NCBI GenBank assembly: GCA_029717555.1
Contig: JAMDHS010000065.1
Location: 62,001 to 120,636 of the forward strand
Length of the DNA stretch: 58,636 nucleotides
Direction of reading: 5' to 3'
DNA from: Peribolospora baueri
Lineage: Eukaryota
Below, piece after piece: positions 1 through 12,341 of this stretch. Position numbers and translations under genes: made by a program. The first letter of the stretch is position 1, and each line of letters begins with the position of its first letter. The notes under the pieces were generated by a model. That model was given only the letters and a program-made list of their open reading frames with translations. It was not told the DNA's origin and searched no databases.

Positions 1-861
1 TTGGAGGAGGTGGACCACCGGCCGCTCATTTCTCTCGCCTTCTTACCACTTTTGCCGTCAAATCAGACTTGACCTTTTGGTCTCGAACGTGAACCACGGC
101 ATCCGGACGGACGTCATGCTGCGCGAGCCTCTGCCGACGTGGCATTGTGGGAGGCTCGTGCTTGTCGGAGACGCCGCACATCCCATGCTGCCCTTCTCGG
201 TGAGTTTCGTGTTTTTCGCCGTCTTCGAAGTCGTGTGCTAACCATCGCGGGCTTTCTCTGTCCTTTTCGCTTTTTTTGCAGGGCCAAGCTCTGTCGCAGG
301 GCTTGGAAGACTTGGACACGCTGCTCATGTCCCTCGACTCGGTCCTCTCTTCCGCCGGCCTCACCTCGCCTCCCTCTTCGGCGTCGTCCAAGAAATGGGG
401 CGCTTCCTCCTCGTCCGCAGCAGCGGCGGCGACGGCGCCGGAAAAATCGCTGATGGCGAGCCAGGCGATGCTGACGACGGCGTTCAGGACGTATGAGGCG
501 GTGAGGATGGAGCGCACGTCGAGGCAGAACGAGCTGAATTCGCGCAATGTGCACGTGCTGGAGAGCGACGAGGAGGAGTTTATGACGATGAGGGACCGAC
601 AGTTTAGCAGGCCGGAGAGCGAGGACGTGAGTCGATGTTGTGTCCCTGTCCGTCCACCTCTACTTTGTTCTCATCCCGCTTCACCCTTCTCTCTGCCAGC
701 ACATGCTTTTGTGGAAGAACACGCACGCGCTCCGGTACCTCTTCGGCTACGACACCACGGCGGCGTTTGAGGCGTACCTTGCGAAGAAGAACGCGAATCA
801 GCCGGCTTGGGCAAGCGCTAAGGACAGGGTGGCCAGGCTGCTCCCGTCTTGGGGCTTCTGA
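1..861 (+). CDS. FAD-dependent monooxygenase (salicylate hydroxylase-like), 3' part; 5' end outside the window
   Basis: Spliced reading EPLPTWHCGRLVLVGDAAHPMLPFS|GQALSQGLED (intron 200-281) contains the GD motif of class A flavoprotein monooxygenases. It continues FRTYEAVRMERT and, after an intron at ~627-698, ends ...LFGYD...SWGF* at 861. Confidence 0.85.
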
Positions 862-1664
862 GATGGCGGCTCTCTTCCTCATCGCTTTCTTTCTTTCTTC
901 TCCCATCCCCTTCGTCTTCGTCCTCGTCCTCGTCCTTCTCCACGCCCGCTCCATCCGCGCACCTTGTCCTCTGCCGCGCGCTGTATCCACTCGACGCTGC
1001 CTTGATTTTGTACCCAACCATTCTTCCTTCCTCCCCTCCTTCCTTCCTTACTACTCTTCTATCGTTCTCTCCCGGATGCCACTGCCATTCATTCATTATT
1101 CATCCATTTTTTATCCATCTCTTCGCCCGTTGCCCGCGTCGAGTCGGATGTAGCGGCACACGTGACAGGCGCGCGGAAAGACGCGCGTGTGCTGCGGCGA
1201 TGGGGGCCCCTATTTACCTTGGGTGCGGTGGGCCGTGCGTGGGCGGTTAGGAGAGCGTCTAGGCGGAGGCGGTGGTAAGGTATGTGAGGTGGATGGGAGA
1301 GGGAAGGATATGTGAAATGGCCGGGGGGAGGAAGCGTGAGGCGGAGGGGAGACGGCGTGGGCGTAGGCGTTGTGAGTGGGCGGCGAGTGGGTGTTGCATG
1401 TCTTTGTGTGTGTAGCGAGTGTAATGTTGCAGCCGCTCGTTCCTTTCTCCTGAGCAAGATCGTCGTCGTCGTCGACATCTTCTCAACTCTCGTCTGCTCC
1501 ACCAGCTGTCACAGGATAACGAGACAAGACGAGACGAGACGATACCACTCGACTCGGTCCCATGGATGGCACAGCAACGACTGACCTTTGACTGACGACT
1601 CCTCCACGACGTCCTTGACCGCCGCGATATCTATATACCTCCATCTCGACCACCATCCTCCAGC

Positions 1665-3541
1665 ATGCACCGAAAGCCAGCGCCCACGTTCCTCCCTCCC
1701 TTCTCTTCTCTTCCCTTCGCCTCTGCTTCTCCACCTCCAATCTCCCCCGTCGACCCTTTCGACGACGCCCACCACCCCGCTCCCTCGCCCCGCCGCCCTC
1801 TCCCGCTCCAAAGCCCCTACGCTCCCCAACAGCAGTCGCAGCCGGCGGCGGGCGACATGGACAACCTTTACCCTTCTTCTTACGCCGACTACGCTTCCAC
1901 CCCACCACAGCCCTCTACTTCGGCTCCCCTCCGCCGCTCCCTCGCCATCGACGACCAGGCCTCCGCCGCGCTCGCAGCTCAGATTCATGCCCGATTCGGT
2001 GGCGGCCCGGCCTCCAGCTCCGTGGACGTCGGCAGCACGCCTCCTCCGGGAGACGCTGGTCCCGGCGGCTACGACTACCCGGCACCGTCGGGTTTTGGAT
2101 ACGGATACGGTGCGAACGCCTATGCTGGAGTAGGAGTAGGACAGGGACACGGACAGGGACAGGGCGTGTTCGAACCGGAGGAGGGCAGCGAGGATGGGAG
2201 CTACGACGGGGAACATGTCCTGCACGCTGACGACGAGGAGCGCGCTTTGACCGCCGGCCACGGTTTCCCTCCGCCGGTGCACGAGCACGATCTTTACGAT
2301 GAGAAGAGCGCCCTTCAGGCCGTCCCGTCGCCGTATGAGTGGCCCTACGTTTCCTCCGAGCAGCATTCCACATCCCCCCCGCCCATGTCGCCGACGGCAG
2401 GCGACGACCCGTACGCAGACCCGGATCCGTACGGTGAACGCAGACGCTCAGGCTCGCCCGTCAGCTCTCATACCTCTGATCCCAGTACCACCCTCGCCCA
2501 CGGAAATACGCAACATTTCGGGCCTGCGCCTCTGCCCGGGGCCCAGATCCGGCGACACAAGTCAAAGAAGAAGGTACAGCTTACGCACGGCAACCTCGTT
2601 CTCGACTGTCCTGTGCCCACCAAACTCGCCGGCTTCCTCAGCCGACGCTCCGAGGAGGAGTTCGTGTGCATGCGCTACACCGCTGCCACCTGCGATCCAG
2701 ACTCGTTCGCTGGAGACAACTTTTCCCTTCGGCCACAGCTCTTGAACCGCCACACCGAGCTGTTCATCTGCATCACGATGTACAATGAGGATGAGAAGCT
2801 CTTCACGCGCACCCTTCACGGCGTCTTCAAGAACATCGCCCACCTCTGCACGCGCAACAAGAGCAGGACATGGGGGCCAGAGGGGTGGAAGAAGGTGGTG
2901 GTCGCCATCGTCGCCGACGGTCGCAGGCACATCCACCCGCGCGTGCTCGACTGTCTCGCCGCGTTGGGCGTCTACCAAGATGGGGTGGCGAAGAACATGG
3001 TGAACGGCAAAAAGGTGGAGGCGCACATCTTCGAGTACACCACCCAGCTCTCCATCGACGAGAACCTACAGTTCAAGGGCGCCGAGCGAGGGCTCGTGCC
3101 CATCCAGATTCTCTTCTGCCTCAAGGAGAACAACGCCAAGAAGATCAATTCGCATCGCTGGTGCTTCAACGCTTTCGGCCCTCTCCTCCAGCCCAACATC
3201 TACATACTCCTAGACGTCGGCACAAAGCCGGCCAACAAGAGCATCTACTACCTCTGGAAGGCCTTTGATCTCAACTCCAACGTCGCCGGTGCCTGCGGCG
3301 AGATCTGCGCCGAAGTGAAGGGCAAGTGGGGCATTGGACCCTTGCTACTCAACCCGCTCGTCGCGGCACAGAACTTTGAGTACAAGATTAGCAACATTCT
3401 CGATAAACCCACGGAGAGTGTTTTTGGATACATCTCGGTCTTGCCAGGCGCTTTTTCCGCGTACCGGTGAGTGGCAGGCGAGGACTGACGGCGGCGCGGT
3501 CTGGCCCCCCTGGCTGCACATTACTCACGACGCCCATTTGT

Positions 3542-3572
<31 letters not shown>

Positions 3573-5971
3573 GTTTTTGCCTTCTCGGCCGACAGCTACA
3601 TCGCTCTTCAAAATGACCACCTCGGCCATGGCCCCCTAGCCTCGTACTTCAAGGGCGAGAGCCTCCTTGGCTCCGAGGCCGACGTGTTCACCAGCAACAT
3701 GTACCTCGCCGAGGATCGCATCCTCTGCTTTGAGCTCGCCGCCAAAAGGAACGACAATTGGGTGCTCAAATACGTCAAGGTGAGTCTGTGTCCCGAGCGG
3801 CGGTGTTTTCCTGACGGACGATGGCAGTGAGACGTGTCGTCAACTCATTCCTCTCCAACGCTTTCCCCTTCCCCGCAAAGTCCGCCCGAGGAATAACAGA
3901 CGTCCCCGACACGGTGGCCGAGTTCATCTCCCAACGCCGCCGATGGCTCAACGGCTCCTTCTTCGCCGCCGTCTACTCGCTCGCACACGCCGGTCAGATT
4001 CTCCGCTCCGGCCACTCGGTGTGGCGCAAGACGATGCTGCTCGTTGAGACGGTCTACAACGCCATCAACCTCGCCTTTTCCTGGTTTGGATTGGTGAGTG
4101 GGCCCGGCTGGGGGTTGGGCGGTTTACGCGCCTTTTCCGACGCATTGCCTCGGATGGCGTGGAAGGAGGGCTGGAGACTGACTCTCACCTTCACCGGTTT
4201 CGACTCGACGACGCGTTCGCTCGTTCCACAGGCCAACTTTTACATCTTCTTTGTAAGTCCAACCGGCCGCTATACGAGCTTTCCTTCGACGTGTCACTGA
4301 GAGCGAGAGCTCTTCTGTCCACGACTGATCACCTTGTCTTTTCATGCGACCATAAAGACCCTTCTTACGCAGTCGCTCGAAGACCCCATGTTTAACCTGA
4401 AAGGCATCGAGGTGTGGAACACAATCGTGCAGTACGTCTTCCTCGGTGTCGTCATCGCTTGCTTCATCTTTGCCATGGGCAATCGACCACAAGGGTGAGT
4501 AGAGTGGAGCGGCCTTGGGCTTGGGACCGAATGTTTATAGTGGGCTGATCCCATCTCTCTTTCCTCCTCCGCTTGGCGTCGATATCCGCACAGATCCAAG
4601 TGGAAGTACATGACCGCTATCATCCTCCTCGCGTCGATGACCGTGTGAGTCCTGCTTCCCTTCCACAGCCATCCGTTCGTCTTCTTGCGCTGAAGACGTT
4701 ACCTATTGCCTTCCTTCAAGTTACATGATCATCGCCGCGATCATGTGCACCTTCAAGGCGGTGGAGCAGATGCACAACGCGATCTACGTACAGATGGTCA
4801 TCTCCCTCCTGGCTACATGTGCGCCGTTTCTTTCTTTCTTTCTTCCTTTCTCACCGATCCTGCGTTTCATCCGTCGACATAAATACGGATGGCTCACATC
4901 ACATCACCCCTTATGCTCTCCGTTCATTTTCTCGGCTACCTTCGTAGACGGAGTCTACCTTTTAGCCAGTTTGCTAGCCTTGGATCCCGCCCACCTGATC
5001 ACCAGCTTTGCGCAGTATATCCTCCTCTCTCCCACCTACATCTGCATCCTCAACATCTATGCCTTTTGCAACTTGCACGACTTTTCGTGCGTCGACCGAT
5101 GTCTTGCTTTCGGTCCTTCTGTTCTCGCCTGCGGCGGGTTGCTCATCGAGTCTGCTCGTTCTTCGTCTCTTACCGACCTTGGGTATTCAGGTGGGGCACG
5201 AAAGCCATCACGACGATGTCGACGGACCTCGGCACCGTCGTCTCCTCAGGCAAGGGCACCGTCGAGATCAGCCTTCCCACAGCACAATCTGACATCGATA
5301 CCGCCTACGACGAAGCACTCTTCAACCTACGCACGCGGCCCATGCTCATCAAGGGCGAGCCGGACCAGAAGGAGAAGGAGGACATGAGAATGGACTATTA
5401 TAAGAACGTGAGCCCGTGGCTGTTCACTCTTTTTTTTTTCCCTTTCGGATCGGGAACGGCTAAAGAATCATTGATCGATCATACCATCGTTCATCACAGG
5501 TCCGCACCAACGTCGTCCTCGCATGGGCCCTGTCGAACGTGAGCGATGAAAATCAGTTGACTCGACGTCCATCCCTTTGAAGACCTTTGCTTCGCTGAAC
5601 TGATGATCCATCTCCCCCCCGGTTTTCCCTCGCGCGCACCGCTCTTAGGGCGTCCTCGCCGCGCTCATACTCAATGGGGGGCCGACGAACACGTTCAACA
5701 AGGACAGCGGCGCAACGAGGGCAAAGGTGTACATGCTCTTCATCCTCATCTTTGTCGCTGGCATGTCTTGCGTGCGCTTCTTGGGCTCCACGCTGTGAGT
5801 GCGCTTCCCGCGGCTGGCCCGGGTGGTGGCGTGGCGGGTAGTGTACGAGGCGAGTAGGAGAAAAGGATTGACGAAGCGACCGACCACTCGCCCTTCTTAC
5901 CCCTTTTGCCCCGCTTTCTCTTCCCACCCGATCGTCACAGTTACCTTGCCATTCGCCTCGTCTCAGGATGA
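1665..5971 (+). CDS. Chitin synthase, division 1 (class I-III type), multi-exon
   Basis: Motifs [79 protein letters not shown] and a C-terminal transmembrane region. The last exon 5941-5971 ends in TGA. Confidence 0.97.
3537..3579. repeat. (TTTTTG/TTTTG)n microsatellite in chitin synthase intron
   Basis: Direct reading of the tandem units inside intron ~3467-3594. Confidence 0.9.
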
Positions 5972-6477
5972 TCGGACGGACTCGCCCTTCGTCTGATCCA
6001 TGACCCAATCCGTCGCACGCATCCCTTCTACCGTTTCCATCCTTTGTCTTAGTAGTCTCCCTATACCGGACCCTTCCTCTCCCGTCCTGTCGTTCCGCCA
6101 GCTTTCAACACTCTTCCTCCCTCCTTCCCTCCTTCCCTCCCTCCCTCTCCCGGCCGTGCGTCCGTCCGCCCTTCGATATTTTCTTCCCCGCTCTCATCTC
6201 GTCTGTAGCCCGCCAGCTCTGTCTTGTTTATCCAAGTCCAGTCAGTCCGTTCACGAGCGATGACGCCCTTCGTTCAATTCAACCTGCATCCAGCCAGACC
6301 CCGACCGCACTTCCCTCGCCGTCTCGCGAGCGTTTCTTCGTCTGACTGCTCCGTTCAGAACAGGTATCGCACATCCACCGAGAGGAGATGGGGAAGAGGC
6401 TTGGTCTGAATTGGCGCTGTGAAGGAGGGAGAAAGGGCGAGCGATGCGATCGGACGAAAGAAGCTTTCGGTGAGCTC

Positions 6478-8332
6478 TTAGAAGAACTTGCCCGGCGCGA
6501 CGGGCATCGAAGCGGTCAAGCCGCCGTCGACGGGAAGGGCTACGCCGTTGACGTAGGAAGCTTGGTCTGAAGGCAGCAAAGCGTGGACGGGACGGGACGA
6601 GGCGGGGAGACCAGGTAAGATCAGAATAGAAGAATGAACGGCATGACGCGCATCCCACTCCGGTTCCGCTCGGTTCGCACTCGTCTGTCTGTCTGTCGGC
6701 CCTCGCTGCTTGCTCCAGCCCAATACTCACCCGAAGCAAGGAAGAGGACGGCGTTGGCGATCTCCTCGCTGATGCCGAACCGTCCCAGAGCGTTGAGCTG
6801 GCCCACCTTGGCGAGCGTTCCCCTGGAGCGGGCGGCGTCAAAGGTGAGCTTGGTCATGCCCGTTTCGATGAGGCCGGGGCACTGTGGAGGACGGGCGTGA
6901 GAGAGGATGAAGGACAAGAGCAGTGAGATGGGGTTCTTCGGTTCGAAGGCCGTCCGCGAAACGAGAGGAGACGGAGACGGGGGAGAAGACGGAAGACGGG
7001 TGATAGGCCCATGGATAGACGCGCTCACTACGGCGTTCACTCGCACGTTGGTGCGGGCTAGTTGGCACGCACTCGTCTGAGCGAGAGAAATGACGCTGAC
7101 GTACGAAGAAGAAGAAGGGCGGACAGAAGTGGTCGCAAGGGAGGGTTTCCTTGAGCGATGTGACAGAGAGGCAGAGGGTAGGAAAGGCGTGGAGGTAGAG
7201 TACGCTGGCTCACGCTGCTTTTGACGCCGAGTAATCAACAGAACCGGCTCCTGACCGCAAGCCCGCGACTGAGGAAGGGATAGGAGGCAGACAGAAGAAC
7301 GGTCCGTTCGCATGTCAGTCAAGAAGGGTTCTGACGGTCGACATCACGGTACGCGGACTGACCAGAAGCGGTGAGCACGATGCTACCCCCAGATTCAGGC
7401 TTATCCTCGCTCGTGACCTGCATGGCGGCAGAGGCATACTTCACGGCCAAAAAGCACGAGAGGCTGTTGACGTGGAGGGTATTCTCAAACTCATCGTGGT
7501 CGATGTTGCGAAGGACGTTGCCTGTCGCGACGCCTTTACAAGACGAGGGCGACATAGCGGAGAAATGAACAGGAAAGATGAGAATGACATACGGCTCGGT
7601 AGCTACTGCACACATCCCTCTCAGTTCGTACATCGAGAAAACGAGAGCTCACCGGCATTGGCAAAGAAGACGTCCAACCTTCCTTCTTCCTTGATCGCTC
7701 GTTCGCAAATGCCCCTGATCGCGTTGTCGTCTGCCGCGTCCACGTCTAGCGTCGTCACTTTGACGTCGGGGTACTTGGACTTGATGAACCGCTCGAGATC
7801 GGGGAGATTGTCCGGCATCAGGTCAAGGAGATATAGGTGTCTTGCACCTGCGGGAGAAGAGACGACGAGTTGAGAAGATTGAGGTTCATGCGTGGGTGAG
7901 CATGAGTTACACAGAAGCAGCGGGACGTCGCCGTCTCCTCTTCTCAACTGAAGCCGGCCGACCCCAGCTGACCGGCCAAGACAGGAGATAGGATCCTCAC
8001 CCTCGTGTGCAAAGAGACGTGCGGTCGCTCGACTGGGAGGCAAAGCGTAGGAGACAGTGGGTGAGGAACGACATCTCTTCAAGGAGGGGCAGGCGACCCC
8101 TCCGTGCCTTCTTCCCTGACCATCCTCTCGGGGGGGAACGCCAACTCCCAGCCGACGACTAGCTCGCACCGCTCGCTCACCCTATCCCCGTCAAGCTTCC
8201 CACCCCCGTCACGACGGCCACCTTTCCCTTCAGCCTCACGCCTCTGGGCGCCGAGTCGAGGTGGGACTGGATGGCGGCGAGACGCGCCACGGTCCGCTTG
8301 AGCGTTTCCGGATTTGGGGAGGAGGGAGCCAT
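6478..8332 (-). CDS. Short-chain dehydrogenase/reductase (classical SDR, FabG-like)
   Basis: Spliced: MAPSS...RLKGKVAVVTGVGSLTGIG, GRLDVFFANAG, GSIVLTAS, catalytic DYSASK (YxxxK), VRVNAVCPG, ending ASYVNGVALPVDGGLTASMPVAPGKFF*. Confidence 0.92.
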
Positions 8333-8920
8333 GCGGGCTGGACTGGTCGTGGGCTATAGTGTGCAGGCTGTTGAAGGAGGCGAAGGAGGTCGGCTGGGTG
8401 GAGAAGAAGGAGGTGGAGTCAATGGACAAGATGCGGGAGCGCCCTTGTCGATGATCGCGGGGCTCCTCAGAACGCCGGTTATTTCGGCGTGAAGAGCAGC
8501 CGGAGGTGGGCGACGGATGTTGGCTTTGAACGACGACGTCGCATTCATCGTCGGTCAACGTCGCTTCTTCTTCACACCCAGTCTTCGCCCCTCGTTCTTT
8601 CTCGTCTTATCTGCTTCTCCATCTCAGCCCTGGCGTCCATTGAAGCGAGCTGACTGAGGCCTGCCGCTCTTCTCACTGCCCTCGGCGACTTCCCACTTTC
8701 AAGGGCAAGTCAAGTCGCCCGTCGGACCGTCTCGCTCTGACCATCTCCGTCTTCTCGCAATGCTCCTCCAGTCTGACCGTACTTGCTTTCATCCTTTTCA
8801 CTGACCCATATTGTAGCGCGCTTCGCTCGTGTACACATTGTCGCTCCCTTCGCGAAAGAGTCAACCCTGTTCACTTTCCTTCCATCCCTCCTCGGGTAGA
8901 AAGCGCTCCTCGACGATCCC

Positions 8921-11018
8921 ATGTCGTCTTCTACTCGCCCCATCATCTCCTTCGGCTCCTCGCGAAGGCCCTTTTTTCCCCGAGCCCAACGGCAGCACCA
9001 GCAAGACCTCTCCCGGCCCCGTGAGGCGTCGTCGAATGAGCGGGCGGCTGCAGTCGTCGCGCGCCAGACGATGGTGACCACCAGCGTTTACCGCATGCCC
9101 GACGGCGACGAGTACGATCTCTCTGGGCTGCTGGGTCTCCAAGACTCGGGAGGCGCGACGCAGAGGTAAGTCGCATCGTTTTCCCAAGCCGCTCGAGCGT
9201 CCCCTCCCAAGATAGGATACTTTACGCTCATAACGTGCGCCCTCCTCCACGTCGGAAGCGATATCAGCAGGCTTCCCAGCGATGTTTCGCGCAGAGGTGC
9301 GTCTCTGGAAGACGGAAGGCCGTTTAACCAGATCTTGCCCCTCGAAGGTGAAACGGTACGCTCGAGCTCGGGCAAGAGAAAGGCAACGGAGGAAAGCAGC
9401 GGCTCGGCGGCGTCTCGTTCATCGAACACGATGGAGGACGACAAAGTCGGTCAGCAGCCCCAGAGGAAAAAGGCCAGAACCGCCGTCGATTTCCCAGGGC
9501 ACATGTGGAACTCTTTCCAAACGGCTGATGGTATTCCGAGCAACTCTAACCCGATGGAAAAGACGAAAAATGTGTTTGTCCCCGTTGAGACGAAGAGAGG
9601 TCTAGAGGGCGTAGGCTGGAGCGGCGCCGAGATCAAGAGCCCTTCCAACCACCCATTCGAGACGGCGTGCAGCGTGGCCGATGTCGGCGTCGAGGAGGAC
9701 GAGCAGGACGAGGATGAGGGCGTCCTCGGCTCCTCGGATGACGGATTCGGTAATGCTCCGCCTCTCCTCGGTAATGGCCATCACGACGGCAGTCGGGTCG
9801 GCCGGATGGCCACGCCAGCAGGGAAAGAAAGTTTGCCTGTCCAGGGCCGTCTAAAGGACAGCAGCGAGTTGGTGTTGGAGAGCTTCTTCGGCGACGTCTT
9901 CCCGCCGAAGCTGACGCGGGAAGGAGAGCTTCTGCATTCCGGCCCGTTTGAAGGACCCTCCGGCGGCACCGTCGAGGAGTTCCCTTGCGGCAGCCCTTAC
10001 GAGGACTCTTTGCTGTTGAGCGAAGTCGAGCGCGTTGAGGTGAGTTCGCGCTTGCTCAGCACGACGCTTGGCACGGTATGGGGTGAGGCGCCGTCTTGGG
10101 CGCGACAGAAAATGGAATCGGTGAGTAGGTAGACATCAAGTCCTGGATTGAGGCGCATATATGCTGATCAGTCCCCTCTTGCTGGTCCTTAGGCATGATG
10201 ACTCGTATTTTCATGTGCTACGGAAGAGTTTCCGATAAGACTTGACTTGATGTCTCACTCCATGTCTTCGCCGCTCGTCCTTTCTAAGCGCTCTACCGAA
10301 GGCTACGCCACGGACGACCATCCTTCCCTCCAGCGCCTTTCCGCTTTCATTTCACAAGTCCGTGATGGGCACGGCGATGAGGCGGATAAAGAAGAGAACC
10401 AGCATGAGGCTTCTACGCGCTCGCACTCTCCTTCTCCCTCGCTCCAGCCTCTTCATCGGGAGTACGCGCCTCAAAGTGGATCTCATACGGCGGAAACGAT
10501 GACGACGACGCGCTGGACGGCGTGCTCTTTCGAAGATTGGGAAGCCGGCGGAGAGGGTGGGTCGGGTGGAGCTCGCTACCGCCTTTCCTCGAAAGGGACA
10601 ACGTGAGCGACGTTCACGCTCCTTGTTCCTCCTTCTCGCTTTCGTTCTTTTTCGACTTGTGAATCGACAGAATTGGTGCAGAGGCTGCAGACGGTGGTCG
10701 ACAAGGTCAAGGAGCACATGAGGTGAGTCGACCCTGTGTCCATTTTTTCCCTTTCCCGGCTATGTCCATGGCCAGGGCTACCGCTGGCGCGCGCGCAAGT
10801 CTAGATCGTACGACAGCATCTAACGGAAAGGCCTCCATCTCCCAACTCGTCCGCACGAACCGCCCGCCGTCCTGTCCCTCAGGTCTCACAACCAACGTTA
10901 TCGCGAGCTCGTCGACTCGCTCTCGGCGCGCGAAGCGGAGGTGAGCGAGCGAGAGGACATGTTGGGCTGCATCGCGCAGAGGATGCGGAGCGCTTTGAGG
11001 AAGGCGATGCAGCCTTGA
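8921..11018 (+). CDS. Low-complexity protein with C-terminal Ecm11-like domain (putative)
   Basis: Spliced C-terminus CSFEDWEAGGE|ELVQRLQTVVDKVKEHM|RSHNQRYRELVDSLSAREAEVSEREDML...QP* resembles the fungal ECM11 C-terminal domain (S-x-x-E-W-E-x-x-G followed by a coiled coil). The N-terminal exon structure is uncertain. Confidence 0.55.
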
Positions 11019-12341
11019 AGGACGGCATGGACGTCGTCAACACGGTGTTTTTCGGTGGAGGCCGGGGCCGCTCCAAGCAAATAAGCTCTTCTTCCCCCGC
11101 CTCCTTTCTTCTCCTTCCCTTTCTGTTTCTCTCTCGCTCGTTTACCAACACCTCGCTTCCTCTCTCCGGCGGGTACACACGTCCACGCGTGCGTACCACA
11201 TGTATGTATATACACGCGCAGAGCCTGTTCAAGTTGAAACGAACCGACGACGCTCGCGCGTGCCTCCCCCCACTTCCGTTCTCCTGTCTTCCCCATGTCC
11301 ATTCTTCCCCTTGGGATGGGCCGGATTGAAACATGACGGTTTTCGCGTTGGATGGCTAGGTTGGTTGGTTTGCCGTCGTCCATTTTTTTTCCGCGTCACG
11401 TCAGGACCATGGATGAATGCCAGAAACATCTCTGTCTGACAATGGCGACGTATGTGCAAAGACGAAAAGAAGGGAAACGTTGTCGTTCCCAAGACAAGCC
11501 AAGTCGAGGGAGGGTCAAGGTTGGGAGAGCGGGAGGAAGGGAAGGGAACGATAGATGGATTGAAGATGGAAACACGAAACTGGAAACATGAGAGACAAGG
11601 AAGAAGAGGAGGACGACGGGGAGAGAGGGACGCGACGTGACGACGTACGGGCGGGTGAATGGATATGAACGCGATGAGACGAGACTAAACGGGACGGGCG
11701 ATAAGCGATAGGCGATAGGCGATAGGCGCTAGAGAATAGACGATGGGGGAAAAAAGAAAAGTGAGAGGGAGAGTGTGGGTGTGTGTGAAGCGAAACCGAG
11801 GCGACTAGCTGAAGAGCTGACGTGGGTGGATGGGAAGGAAAGCGAGAACGAGGGATCGGGCGGAGCGAAGACGACGGACGGACGGCCGGACTAGGTAGAT
11901 GCGGCGATCGTGTCCCAGAGCCGATCCGACGGACCCGTCGAGCAATTCAAGGTGATGAAAATGAAGGAAGGAGGGGGAATCGAACGTGAACAAAGAGAAA
12001 GACGTGGAACGGCACGAGGCGAAGGGACGCGGGACGAGGCGAGCCGAACCGTATCGGATGGAGTGCCCGAAGGAGGGATGAAGAAAAGCCAGCGGCATAA
12101 ATGCGAGCAGGGAACGGTAACGATAAGAAATCGAGCTCTGTGTTGTGTCTGTGGAGATCGCAGAAGAGGAACGGGGAGAGGAAGACAATGGAAAGAAAAG
12201 GGGTCGACGGCCGAAAGTGCGACGACGAATGGCAGATCTGTTCGTCCATCGACGCCAGGCACAAGTTTAAAAAAAGCTGACGACGCCTGTGCCTGCGAGG
12301 GCGCCGGCGCTCAATCCCGCAGGCTGCCGTCCCCTTGCATC

